DNA of 29,639 bases from Candidatus Aenigmatarchaeota archaeon (GCA_039091855.1 JAWCLA010000003.1:16976-46614), one strand, 5' to 3'. Counted from the stretch's first letter, positions 1 to 9,119 are shown. Notes: a model not told the origin generated them from the letters alone. Translations and numbers: made by a program.

Positions 1-229
1 TTGGCTGGAAAATAATCTGGTATTTCCCCTTTCCTGTGCAGGTTACGAAGCCTTTTTCTGAATGCGGATAGGAAGCGTTTTGGACGGGTTTTTCAGGGCT
101 CGGGAGGAAAACATACTCCCTTCCTGACGGCGATTTTATTATTGCAGAAAGCTCGCAATTGTTTTTTGGCAAAAATATGGATATACGAAAGAAGCTGCCT
201 GACTTTGAGACTGAATGTTTTATTTCCAT
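1..229 (-). CDS. Hypothetical protein, N-terminal part (runs off the window's 5' edge)
   Basis: Manual translation from ATG at 229 is open to base 1: MEIKHSVSKSGSFFRISIFLPKNNCELSAIIKSPSGREYVFLPSPEKPVQNASYPHSEKGFVTCTGKGKYQIIFQP. Divergent from the phosphohexomutase across an AT-rich 39-bp gap. Not in the ORF track because no stop lies inside the window. Confidence 0.65.
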   Translation of the reverse strand, partial: MEIKHSVSKSGSFFRISIFLPKNNCELSAIIKSPSGREYVFLPSPEKPVQNASYPHSEKGFVTCTGKGKYQIIFQP

Positions 230-268
230 TTTTCCACATTTATTTAATATGCAGGTTAATAATAAAAC

Positions 269-1597
269 ATGTCAATTTTCAGGGCATATGACATAAGAGG
301 CGTTTATGGGAAAGACATAACAGAGAATGTGATGAAGGGAATAGGAAACGCGTTTGGAAATTACGTTAAAGGTGGTGTTGTTTTAGCGAGAGACTGTCGC
401 CTTTCAAGCCCTTCACTTAAGGAGTCATTTGTAAAGGGATTTATCGAAACTGGAAAAAACGTGGTTGATTGTGGGGAGATTCCATTAGGAGCAGGAATGT
501 TTTATGCTTGGAAAACAAAGGCCGAGTTTGCCTACATAACTGCCTCTCATCTGCCTTCTGAATGGAATGGTGTGAAATTCTTCCATTCAAATGGTATAGG
601 GTTTCTGGAAGAGGAAAATATGAAGGTCAGGGACTTGTACCTGAACGGTCCTGTTGTTGACAATAAATATGGAAAGGTTTTTAAGCCAAAGTGGGATGTT
701 TTGAGTGGTTACAAGCGATATCTTCTTTCAAAAACCAGGCCAAAAAGAAGAATTAAGGTTGTTCTGGATTGTGGAAACGGCATGGCTGGTATGATAGCGC
801 CTGACTTGTTTAGGGAAGCTGGGTTCGATGTTGAGACGATTTTTGAAAAGCCTGATGGCAAGTTTCCTAACAGGAATCCTGACCCTATGGAAGACCCTCT
901 TGAAGAGCTTAAAAAAATGGTTAAGAAGGCCGATTTTGGGATAGCATATGATGGGGATGGTGACAGGATGGTAGTCGTTGATAATGAAGGGAAAAAGCTA
1001 ACCCCTGAGCAGACATCATTCTTCATCCTGACAGAACTGCTAAAGAGCAGGAAAGGTCCTGTTGTTGCCAATGTCGAGTGCACAAGGGCAATAGATGATG
1101 TTGCAAAAAGGTTCAAAAGGCATGTAAAAAGGGTGAGGGTTGGACACACGTTTCTTATGGAAGCTGCTAAAAGGTACAAGGCATGTTTTGGGGTTGAGGT
1201 TTCCGGTCATTACGTTATTCCGTCTATTGTTCCTTTTGATGACTCTCTTGCTGTTTCCTTTTACTTTGCGTCTGTTCTTTCTGGCAAAAAACAGCCGCTT
1301 TCCGAGGAAATAAAGAACGTTCCCGTGTATCCCTTTGAAAGGGTAAGCTTTGAATGTCCTGACCAGAAAAAGTTTGAGGTTGTGGAGAATATGAAAAGGG
1401 GGATAATAAAGAAATACAGGAAGGTAAATTTTATGGACGGAATAAGGATTGATATGGAAAATGGGTGGGTTTTGATAAGGCCATCAAACACCTCTCCTTT
1501 GATAAGGCTCACTGTTGAAGGGGTTACGGAAAAGGAAAAGGAAGGTCTTAAAAAATCCTTTTCAGATATGCTAAAAAAGGAGATAGGAAGGGTTTAG
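269..1597 (+). CDS. Phosphomannomutase/phosphoglucomutase (alpha-D-phosphohexomutase family)
   Basis: N-terminal IFRAYDIRG, phosphoserine loop TASHLP (usually TASHNP), metal loop DGDGDR, sugar-binding GVEVSGH, C-terminal IRPSNTSP. Confidence 0.95.
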   Translation: MSIFRAYDIRGVYGKDITENVMKGIGNAFGNYVKGGVVLARDCRLSSPSLKESFVKGFIETGKNVVDCGEIPLGAGMFYAWKTKAEFAYITASHLPSEWNGVKFFHSNGIGFLEEENMKVRDLYLNGPVVDNKYGKVFKPKWDVLSGYKRYLLSKTRPKRRIKVVLDCGNGMAGMIAPDLFREAGFDVETIFEKPDGKFPNRNPDPMEDPLEELKKMVKKADFGIAYDGDGDRMVVVDNEGKKLTPEQTSFFILTELLKSRKGPVVANVECTRAIDDVAKRFKRHVKRVRVGHTFLMEAAKRYKACFGVEVSGHYVIPSIVPFDDSLAVSFYFASVLSGKKQPLSEEIKNVPVYPFERVSFECPDQKKFEVVENMKRGIIKKYRKVNFMDGIRIDMENGWVLIRPSNTSPLIRLTVEGVTEKEKEGLKKSFSDMLKKEIGRV

Positions 1598-1598
1598 G

Positions 1599-1940
1599 AT
1601 GAAGATAAGCTTGAAGGATTTTCCAAAAAAGGTAAAGCCAATAAGGGACACGGATGTTTACTCTGTGCATGACCTTGGTTTTTTGGAGCACTTGAACGTT
1701 TCAATGACCATTCTTCATAAGGGAAAGGAAACGTCAGGGCATAGCCACCAAAACGAGGAGGAGGTTTATCTATTCTTAAGAGGCAAGGGAAAAATGCGGC
1801 TTGGAGAGAAGTTTCTTGATGTTAAAAAGGGCGATGTGATTCTCGTTAGCAAGGGTTTGTTCCACAAGGTTTTCAACAAGGGAAGGGGAGATCTCGTTTT
1901 TTTCTGTGTTTTTGAAAAGTATGAGGGAAGGGGAAAATAA
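1599..1940 (+). CDS. Cupin-domain protein (Cupin_2 type, possibly a sugar-phosphate isomerase)
   Basis: Cupin motif 1 GKETSGHSHQNEEEVYLFLRGKG and motif 2 GDVILVSKGLFHKVFN; starts 1 nt after the phosphohexomutase stop. Confidence 0.85.
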   Translation: MKISLKDFPKKVKPIRDTDVYSVHDLGFLEHLNVSMTILHKGKETSGHSHQNEEEVYLFLRGKGKMRLGEKFLDVKKGDVILVSKGLFHKVFNKGRGDLVFFCVFEKYEGRGK

Positions 1941-1992
1941 TATAAATCCATGGTGGCAGTTTAATTTAATGTTCTAAAAATGAGGCAAACCT

Positions 1993-2262
1993 ATGGAAAT
2001 AAAGATTGTTGAAAAAAAGGAAGGCAAAATAAAGGTTGAGGTAATTGGAGAGGACCATACATTTCTGAATGTTTTAAGGGAGAAGTGCTGGAAGGCAGGG
2101 GCATCACAGGCTTCTTATATGATAGAGCATCCCTATATGTCAAATCCAAAGATTATAGTTAGCGCAAAGAACCCAAAAAAAGTCCTTTCTGACGCCGCTG
2201 ATATGATTATAGATGATGTGTCAGAATTCAGAAAGGGGTTTTCAAAGGCAATCAAAAGATAA
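1993..2262 (+). CDS. rpoL: DNA-directed RNA polymerase subunit L (Rpo11)
   Basis: 89 aa with GEDHTFLNVLR and SYMIEHP, the RpoL/RPB11 signatures. Confidence 0.93.
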   Translation: MEIKIVEKKEGKIKVEVIGEDHTFLNVLREKCWKAGASQASYMIEHPYMSNPKIIVSAKNPKKVLSDAADMIIDDVSEFRKGFSKAIKR

Positions 2263-2327
2263 AGATTGAAGATGACGGTGTTATAAATCATTCGCAAAGC
2301 CGTTCATTTAATTGAAGGCTGGTTTAA

Positions 2328-4769
2328 ATGAAGATCTTGAAGCCTAGGATTTCTGAAAAAAAGAAGGAAAGTGGTGAAGAAAGGCTCAACGTAAAGCACC
2401 AAATAAAAAAATATTGGTATGTTTTTTTCCTCATATGTATTTTTGCAGTCAGCTTCTGGTTCAGGTCGTTTCCTGCAAGGTGGAACGAGTTGATAGGTTT
2501 GGACGAGTTTCACATTTACAGGATAGCAGAGTATGCGCTTCACAACAACCTGAGGATATATGACGATGAGAACCTTGACATGATGAGGTACACTCCTCTT
2601 GGAGTGAGCACATGGAGAGAGGATTATTCGCTTCCTGTCTATTTTCCTGTTCTTGGTTACATTTTTGCATCCGCGATAGGAATAAACATGCACTTCTTTG
2701 AGTTTGCCATAATATTCCCTGCGTTTACAGGGGCTTTTGGGGCAATAATTGCATTTTTCATTGCAAAGGAGCTTTCAAAGAGCAATGTGAGCGGCTTGTT
2801 TGCTGCATTCTTTGTTTCCATGACTCCTGCCCTTTTCACAAGGACTTCTGCCGCATCTTTCGAGAAGGAAGCCACGGCCGTCATATTTATGATGACAACA
2901 ATATGGCTTTTCTTGAAGGCTTATAACAAAAAGGGGAAATATTCGCCAATAATATATGGTGCTCTTTCCGGAATCTCCCTTGGGCTTATGGGCCTTGCCT
3001 GGGGTGGTGTGCAGTATATATATTTACTTTTTGCTGCATTCTTCTTTGTGTTATTTGCTGCAAACATAATAATTGTCGCAGTTAACTATCTGTTTCCTGG
3101 TCTCGGCAAGCACATAAAGGGAATTGAAAGGCTTGTTGGATTGGATATGATTAAGGCTTATGTTCCTATGATATTTATAGGAACGCTTATGCAGCTCGCA
3201 ACGCCTCACCACATAGAGCTTACAAATATGTCCATTCTTGCCGCTTATTCTGTCGCCTTTGTTCTTTTATTAAGGTTTGCATTGTGTAGGTTTGGGTTGG
3301 TGAAAAATGAAAAATCGCATCTTGTGATTCCTTATGTTGCTGTTGCTGCTGGCTGTGTCTTTCTTGTCGGGGTTTTGCTGACTGATTTTTTTGACCCATA
3401 CATAAGGACTGTGTCGGACCTTCTGTCGCTTTCAAAAAGCGTTGTTGGTTCGACGGTTGCAGAGAACGCCCCGGGTGACTGGGGGACCATTTTGTCCACT
3501 CTCGGTACTGGGTTCTCTTCAGGAGCACTCCCGCAATTGAATTTAGTTGCGCCTTATTTTGCCCTGTGGATATTTATGTTCTTGGGGGTGATTGTAATTG
3601 CCTATGATTTTTACAAGACACAAAACTGGCTTCTTGTTTTTCCCATTGTTTGGTTGTTTTCAACGCTTTACAGCGTTTTCTGGATGGTAAGGCTTCTTTT
3701 CATAGCAGGACCTGCAGCAGGTGTTGTTGCAGGCATGTTCTTCGGCTGGCTTATTGAAAAAATAAGGGGAATGAAGGTTATGAAGAAAAAGGGATGGAAG
3801 AATGCAAAAGGAATTTTAACAGCAATCCTTGGTTTGTTTATAATTCTCCTTGTTGTTGTTAACCTTGCCAGCACTTATGCATATGCTTTAGGTATAACGC
3901 CTGCGATATGCTTTGCCAACCTCCAGCAAAGGAGCAGCAATCCATTCGATGTTGAGCCTTGTGTAAAAATAGATGAAAACGGGAAACAGGTTTTGGATCC
4001 TGACCAGCCCTGGTATCAGGCAATGAAATTCCTGTCCGAGCAGACTCCTGAGGATTCTGTTGTCCTTTCCTGGTGGGATTTCGGATACTGGTTCCAGACA
4101 AGGGGCAACAGGGCATCCGTTGCTGATGGCGGAAACCGCGGAGGAAAATACCTGAGAAACTTCGAGCTTGCTGACTGGTATATGGACAGTCCTGAAAACT
4201 GGAGCGCCTGGGTTCCTTGGATGAAGGGATACAAGGTAACTCACATATTTATGGACTACACGCTTCCGGGAAAATACGGGGCAATATCAAAGATAGGCTC
4301 GAGGGGTGAGAATGTTTACGGTTTTCTGGAGTTCAGGAGAAACCCGAATCCTGTTAGCAGCCCGCTAAGCAATACAACAGTTGTTGAATATCTTGCAGGG
4401 CCAATAGGGCCTGATGCCTACTATTCGATATGGCTTGGTTTTGACGATAACGGAGGGCTTGTTGGAAGGCCTATGTTTATGATAAAACAGGGACAAAGAT
4501 ATTCGCAGAAGAATTACATAAACGAATTTTGCACCACAAGCGGCATAATAAGGGTTTCAAATGAAACAAATGCTATGCCTGGGTGCATAGCGATAAACAC
4601 ATATCTCGGAAAGGAAGGGCTTTTCTATGTGCCTCCTGAGATAGAGAATACGATATTCAACCGACTTATGTTTATGCAGGGCTATGGTCTTCCTGTGGAG
4701 AAGGTTTTTGACAACGGGTTGATACAGATTTACAAGGTTAATTACGAGAATGAAACTATTTCAGAGTAA
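2328..4769 (+). CDS. aglB: Oligosaccharyltransferase AglB (STT3 family)
   Basis: Multi-TM N-terminal domain, LDEFHIYR, RTSAASFEKE, TVAEN (TIXE/SVSE-like), WWDFGYW (WWDYG variant), ADGGN and DYTLPGKYGAI (DK motif). Confidence 0.95.
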   Translation: MKILKPRISEKKKESGEERLNVKHQIKKYWYVFFLICIFAVSFWFRSFPARWNELIGLDEFHIYRIAEYALHNNLRIYDDENLDMMRYTPLGVSTWREDYSLPVYFPVLGYIFASAIGINMHFFEFAIIFPAFTGAFGAIIAFFIAKELSKSNVSGLFAAFFVSMTPALFTRTSAASFEKEATAVIFMMTTIWLFLKAYNKKGKYSPIIYGALSGISLGLMGLAWGGVQYIYLLFAAFFFVLFAANIIIVAVNYLFPGLGKHIKGIERLVGLDMIKAYVPMIFIGTLMQLATPHHIELTNMSILAAYSVAFVLLLRFALCRFGLVKNEKSHLVIPYVAVAAGCVFLVGVLLTDFFDPYIRTVSDLLSLSKSVVGSTVAENAPGDWGTILSTLGTGFSSGALPQLNLVAPYFALWIFMFLGVIVIAYDFYKTQNWLLVFPIVWLFSTLYSVFWMVRLLFIAGPAAGVVAGMFFGWLIEKIRGMKVMKKKGWKNAKGILTAILGLFIILLVVVNLASTYAYALGITPAICFANLQQRSSNPFDVEPCVKIDENGKQVLDPDQPWYQAMKFLSEQTPEDSVVLSWWDFGYWFQTRGNRASVADGGNRGGKYLRNFELADWYMDSPENWSAWVPWMKGYKVTHIFMDYTLPGKYGAISKIGSRGENVYGFLEFRRNPNPVSSPLSNTTVVEYLAGPIGPDAYYSIWLGFDDNGGLVGRPMFMIKQGQRYSQKNYINEFCTTSGIIRVSNETNAMPGCIAINTYLGKEGLFYVPPEIENTIFNRLMFMQGYGLPVEKVFDNGLIQIYKVNYENETISE

Positions 4770-4779
4770 TTGATTATTG

Positions 4780-5220
4780 CTATTTTTGTGGCGACATCTT
4801 ATATGCAGCCAGAAGGATTACCCCAATAAAAACTACTGCTGATATTATCATCAGGTTATTTGCCTGTTCATCAGAACCCGGTAAAAAATTCGAGATTATC
4901 TCAGCCCCTTGCGTGGCAAAAAGCAAAAGCAAAAGCCCAAGAATTATTATCAGAAGCGTGTAATCCTTCTCAACGCCCTTCTTGGCTATTTTTAGAACAA
5001 AACCTATGAAAAAGAAGGCAACAAAAAAAACTATTGCGAAAGGCATTACCTGGTTTATGAAATCAATTGCAGGAGCGTAGGTCAGGGCGAAGAATGCGAA
5101 AACCAAAGATATTATGGCGTTTACCCTCCTGTTCCTGAAAACCCCTGAAACATCGAGGGCTCCGTAAACTACTGCCAATATGAAGAGGAACGGGATTATT
5201 GATTCAACAAGAGTTGCCAT
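4780..5220 (-). CDS. Small integral membrane protein (about 5 TM), function unknown
   Basis: IIPFLFILAVVYGALDVSGVFRNRRVNAIISLVFAFF followed by further hydrophobic segments. ATG at 5220 is preceded by GTGAG; the alternative GTG at 5229 overlaps the upstream stop. Confidence 0.8.
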   Translation of the reverse strand: MATLVESIIPFLFILAVVYGALDVSGVFRNRRVNAIISLVFAFFALTYAPAIDFINQVMPFAIVFFVAFFFIGFVLKIAKKGVEKDYTLLIIILGLLLLLFATQGAEIISNFLPGSDEQANNLMIISAVVFIGVILLAAYKMSPQK

Positions 5221-5225
5221 AAAAC

Positions 5226-5930
5226 TCACTTGCCTTTTTTGGCATACGACTCCATTCTATCAAGAACTTTTTCAAGTCTGTCAACCTTTTCTTTAAGCCT
5301 TCCACCAACAGGAACTCCTCCTATGCTGATTGCGTCCTTGTATTCCTTTATGAGTGACCAGCAATAATCAATCCTGCTGGAATATGCCCTCCACGCGCTT
5401 GGGTCGCTTTTGATAGCCTTTTCCAAGCCTTCCATTTCTTTGAGGGCAAGATCAACCCTTTTTTCAAGCCTTTTGGTCTGCCCTGTGACATCACGGTAGA
5501 TTCTTGCTGTTATCTCCCCTCCTATTCCTCCCAAACCGGGAAAACTTCCTCCACCGCCTCCACTGCCTTTGCCCTTGTGGTGCTTGCTTATGAAATACCA
5601 TACCCCAAACAAAAATATTATAACTATGAACCATACCTCTGAAAGCACAAGCATTAGGGGATACCAGCCATTGATTATTATGAATATGAAAACTGATATT
5701 CCGATAAGTGCCTGCAAGCCATTGCCAAGGTTTCCTCCGGGTAGAATGGAACTCTTCAATATGTATACAAAAATTATTATGAAAACAATTGGGAAAAGCA
5801 GGAAGTAAAGAACGGGTCCTATTGGTGGAACAACATTGCTGTGGCTGGAAATGAAGTCCCTGCAGGAAGACGCCGCCTCGCTTGTTGGGCACAAAAGATT
5901 GATAAAAGGTTCGAGAATCTCGTATGACAT
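5226..5930 (-). CDS. Membrane protein (about 3 TM, Gly-rich linker, charged helical C-terminal domain), function unknown
   Basis: Hydrophobic segments LYFLLFPIVFIIIFVYIL, LQALIGISVFIFIIING and VWFIVIIFLFGVWYFI, then GKGSGGGGGSFPGLGGIGG and a K/E-rich helical tail. Start set at ATG 5930 (MSYEIL); the ORF track extends to 5981. Confidence 0.8.
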   Translation of the reverse strand: MSYEILEPFINLLCPTSEAASSCRDFISSHSNVVPPIGPVLYFLLFPIVFIIIFVYILKSSILPGGNLGNGLQALIGISVFIFIIINGWYPLMLVLSEVWFIVIIFLFGVWYFISKHHKGKGSGGGGGSFPGLGGIGGEITARIYRDVTGQTKRLEKRVDLALKEMEGLEKAIKSDPSAWRAYSSRIDYCWSLIKEYKDAISIGGVPVGGRLKEKVDRLEKVLDRMESYAKKGK

Positions 5931-6037
5931 ATTTAATAATTGTGGGCAAGCGTTTAAATTGGCATAAAAGAATTGGTGCAAGTATAAATAATTAATCAGA
6001 ATTAAATATATTATATTGTGTGCGATTTGGGACCTTT

Positions 6038-9000
6038 ATGAATAAGTGCGGCAGAGATTTCAGGGTTTTGCTCTCATTAATGTTTTTAGCAGCAATTTCT
6101 GTTTTAACCCCAAAAGATGTTTTTGCCGCAAACTTTTCGGTTCAGAGCATAACCCCTCAGGATATCGTAATTCCGCAGACAAACTACAAGATAACAATAA
6201 TGGTCAACAACACGGACTCTTCACATAACATCACATCTGTTGAAATTACAATAGCCAATTTCAGCTTTGTTTCTGGTTCCAACCAGACGACCGCGACAGG
6301 AACAAATTTCAGCGCTTATGGATATTTGGTTAAATGGCTGAACGAAACAGATGAAGGTTTCATAGAAAGGGGTGGGAACTCGCATAATTTCAGCTTTAAT
6401 GTGAGCGCGCCTTCAAGCCCTGGCTATTACAATTTAACAATAAATGTCACGCATAACGATGGCTCATCCAATGAAACGAACATAACCTACACTCTTATAT
6501 TGCATAACCTGACATTCCTTAACCTTTCTGAAATGCAAAAATCCACAAACATAAGCCAAAACCTGACTTATCTTGTAAAAATAACAAATAATGGGAATCC
6601 AACTCAGGAAACATACAACTTGAGTGTCGTAAACTGCAGCAACATGAGCCATTCAGGCTCTTTGTTTGGAATTTTAAACCAGTCTTCGGTGACATTAAAT
6701 CCAAGCGAAAATGTTGTTGTTGAGCTTAACGTTTCCAGCCCTGTTGGGTTCTACTCTTCCTGCATTCTTGCAAGGCACTGGAACGGCTCAGGTGAAGAGG
6801 AAGGCATAAGCTTTGTTTCATCTGATGATGGGGTTTTGCTCAACTCAACATTTTATGGAAACCTAACGCCGACAAATATCTACTGGACTTCTACAGCAGG
6901 AAAAAATCCCTTTGCAGGAAGCAACATAACAGTTTACAACCTGACAATAAGCAACACCGGGAGCATAAACTTTTCAGGAGGTTTGGCTGTTTATCTTATG
7001 CTGGACGACGTTTATGCTGCACAAAACGTATCAAGCATTAATATTCCTGTTGGAGGCTCATATAACATCAGCTTTGCGAACATCACAGTAAGCTCAAACG
7101 GGTTGCATAACCTGACTGCTTGGGTGAATCCGCAACATAGCGTTCCTGAAACCAGCTACTCTGACAACAATTTAACGGAGCAGATTTTTGTGGGCTACAA
7201 CATAACCATAATAAGCATTTATGGGCAAAACGAGACGAATGTTGCGCCCAATATGAATGTAACGATAAATGTTTCTGTCCATTATCCTGATGGGAATCCT
7301 GTCACTGGTTTAAGCAAAGAGGATTTCACCGTGTATGACATTTGGAACGGTTATACCTATCAGACTCTGACTTACCAGAACAGCTTGTTTAATGCAACAT
7401 TTAACTCAACCATGAATTTGTCAGGCATATACTGGTTCAACATAACATCATACAACCCCTCAAACGACTCTGAAACCACTCCTGGAATCCACAACATTAC
7501 TGTATCTGTTTCAAGAAACGAGAGCGGCAACGTTTATTCAGGAAACAGCTCAGGAAAGGAATATTACTACCTTATGGTTCCAAGAATTATTGTTACTCTC
7601 ACTGCGCCAAGCGGCACATCTGTTAATGAAGGGAACAGCAGGGCAATAAGCGTTAACATATCAAACACAGGTACTGACACTGCATATAACCTTTACATCA
7701 CTGCAACTGACAACTCCGACTATCTCAGCGTGCCTTCCAGCCCAAGCTGTACTGCGACTTCTCTGAGTAATGGTTCCTATAAAGATTGTCCAAACTTGTT
7801 TTCAGCAACAACATCAGAGGTAAGCAGCAATGAGTATGCAACGATTACAGTCACTGCCTATGTTTCTCACAACTATTCCGGGAGCCCGCTTGTCCAATAT
7901 TTCAAGACAGGAACAATAGAGCTGACAATAGTTAATGTTGAAAGCTCAGAAGGGGGTGGGGGTGGGGGAGAAAAAACCTGCTCTTCCGATTCCCAATGTG
8001 CAGAAACGGAGAACTGCACAAAGGGTGTTTGTAAAACTATATCCTGCCCTAATGGCGAGATATCAGACCATATGTGCTTCCCTTACTCATTCAAGATAAA
8101 CATAACCTCGTATCCCTCTGTTTTGCAGGCTGTTGCAGGAGGAGAGACCTCTGCAAAGGTTACTGTGAAAAACACCGGCTCAAGAACATTCACTGCAAAG
8201 CTTGATGTTACTCTTTCAGGCATTTCTGCAAACGTGAGTCCGTCTGGTTATAGCCTCGGTGCGGGTGAAAGCTACCAGTTCACAGTTAACTTCACTGTTC
8301 CAAACTCAACATCAGCAGGAAACCTTTCAGGAACATTCAAGGCATACGTTTCTGTCAGCACTTCAACATATGACAGCAAGACCTTTACCTTTACTGTTCT
8401 TCCTGGAGAGGAAGCAAAGTCATCAATAAATTCATCTTATCAGGAACTTTTGCTGGCTTTTGAGAATCTCAGTTTAAGGTTTAACGAAATCAAGCAATCT
8501 GGCTATTACAACCAGAGCGTTCTTTCAGAGCTTGAAAATCTTATCAACAGTTTAAATTCCACCCTTTTGGAGATGAAAGAGGCGCTGGAATCAGGGGATT
8601 ACATAAAAGCACAGACCCTGATTTCACAGATAAACACAACCCTTGGAAACGCCGAAACTGAGCTTGAAAACATAAAGAGCCAGATAAAAGTTGTCCCGCA
8701 GGAATATGGAATATGGTTCTGGGTTGCTGTTGCAGTAATAATAATATTTGTTTTAGGGTTTTTCCTTTACATGTTCCTTCCTTCCTCACACGAGGGCTAC
8801 CATCCTGAAAAGGGATACATTCATCCTGAAGCAAAAAAAGAGGGGATTTTTGGAAAAATAAAGAAGGTTTTCAGGAGAAAGAAGGAAGGACCTGCTGTTG
8901 CAACCACAACAAGCGTTGCACAGAGCATTTCGGAGCCAAAAAAAGACGAGGGGCATTACGAGACGTTTCACTATGGGGAAGGGTATCACAAGGAAAAGTC

Positions 9001-9118
9001 ATACAGGTATGAATACGGGCAAAAGGAGAGATTGGGATTCCTGAACAGGCTTAGAAGGAGAAAGGAAAAGAAAAGTCCACAGATGCATCTTGACCAGTTT
9101 ATACAAACTTCCCAGTGA
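6038..9118 (+). CDS. Large membrane-anchored cell-surface glycoprotein (Ig-like/CARDB-type repeats, Cys-rich linker, coiled coil, C-terminal TM and cytoplasmic tail); S-layer- or adhesin-like
   Basis: Signal peptide ending VFA-A; CARDB-like segment (ISNTGS...AWVNPQHSVPETSYSDNNLT); repeated V/I-x-N-T-G strands; poly-Gly followed by CSSDSQC...C...C; heptad helix; TM IWFWVAVAVIIIFVLGFFLYMFL; about 59 N-x-S/T sequons by manual count. ATG 6038 preferred over GTG 6020. Confidence 0.85.
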   Translation: MNKCGRDFRVLLSLMFLAAISVLTPKDVFAANFSVQSITPQDIVIPQTNYKITIMVNNTDSSHNITSVEITIANFSFVSGSNQTTATGTNFSAYGYLVKWLNETDEGFIERGGNSHNFSFNVSAPSSPGYYNLTINVTHNDGSSNETNITYTLILHNLTFLNLSEMQKSTNISQNLTYLVKITNNGNPTQETYNLSVVNCSNMSHSGSLFGILNQSSVTLNPSENVVVELNVSSPVGFYSSCILARHWNGSGEEEGISFVSSDDGVLLNSTFYGNLTPTNIYWTSTAGKNPFAGSNITVYNLTISNTGSINFSGGLAVYLMLDDVYAAQNVSSINIPVGGSYNISFANITVSSNGLHNLTAWVNPQHSVPETSYSDNNLTEQIFVGYNITIISIYGQNETNVAPNMNVTINVSVHYPDGNPVTGLSKEDFTVYDIWNGYTYQTLTYQNSLFNATFNSTMNLSGIYWFNITSYNPSNDSETTPGIHNITVSVSRNESGNVYSGNSSGKEYYYLMVPRIIVTLTAPSGTSVNEGNSRAISVNISNTGTDTAYNLYITATDNSDYLSVPSSPSCTATSLSNGSYKDCPNLFSATTSEVSSNEYATITVTAYVSHNYSGSPLVQYFKTGTIELTIVNVESSEGGGGGGEKTCSSDSQCAETENCTKGVCKTISCPNGEISDHMCFPYSFKINITSYPSVLQAVAGGETSAKVTVKNTGSRTFTAKLDVTLSGISANVSPSGYSLGAGESYQFTVNFTVPNSTSAGNLSGTFKAYVSVSTSTYDSKTFTFTVLPGEEAKSSINSSYQELLLAFENLSLRFNEIKQSGYYNQSVLSELENLINSLNSTLLEMKEALESGDYIKAQTLISQINTTLGNAETELENIKSQIKVVPQEYGIWFWVAVAVIIIFVLGFFLYMFLPSSHEGYHPEKGYIHPEAKKEGIFGKIKKVFRRKKEGPAVATTTSVAQSISEPKKDEGHYETFHYGEGYHKEKSYRYEYGQKERLGFLNRLRRRKEKKSPQMHLDQFIQTSQ

Positions 9119-9119
9119 A

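Noticed and set aside
709..1512. Antisense ORFs over the phosphohexomutase (156 and 83 aa) and similar shadow ORFs across the window
   Set aside because: They lie opposite or out of frame within well-supported genes and show no recognisable motifs.
7952..7968. GGGGGTGGGGGTGGGGG tract as a G-quadruplex or phase-variation site
   Set aside because: Only three G runs, interrupted by T, and fully explained as codons for a Gly6 linker; the frame is intact.
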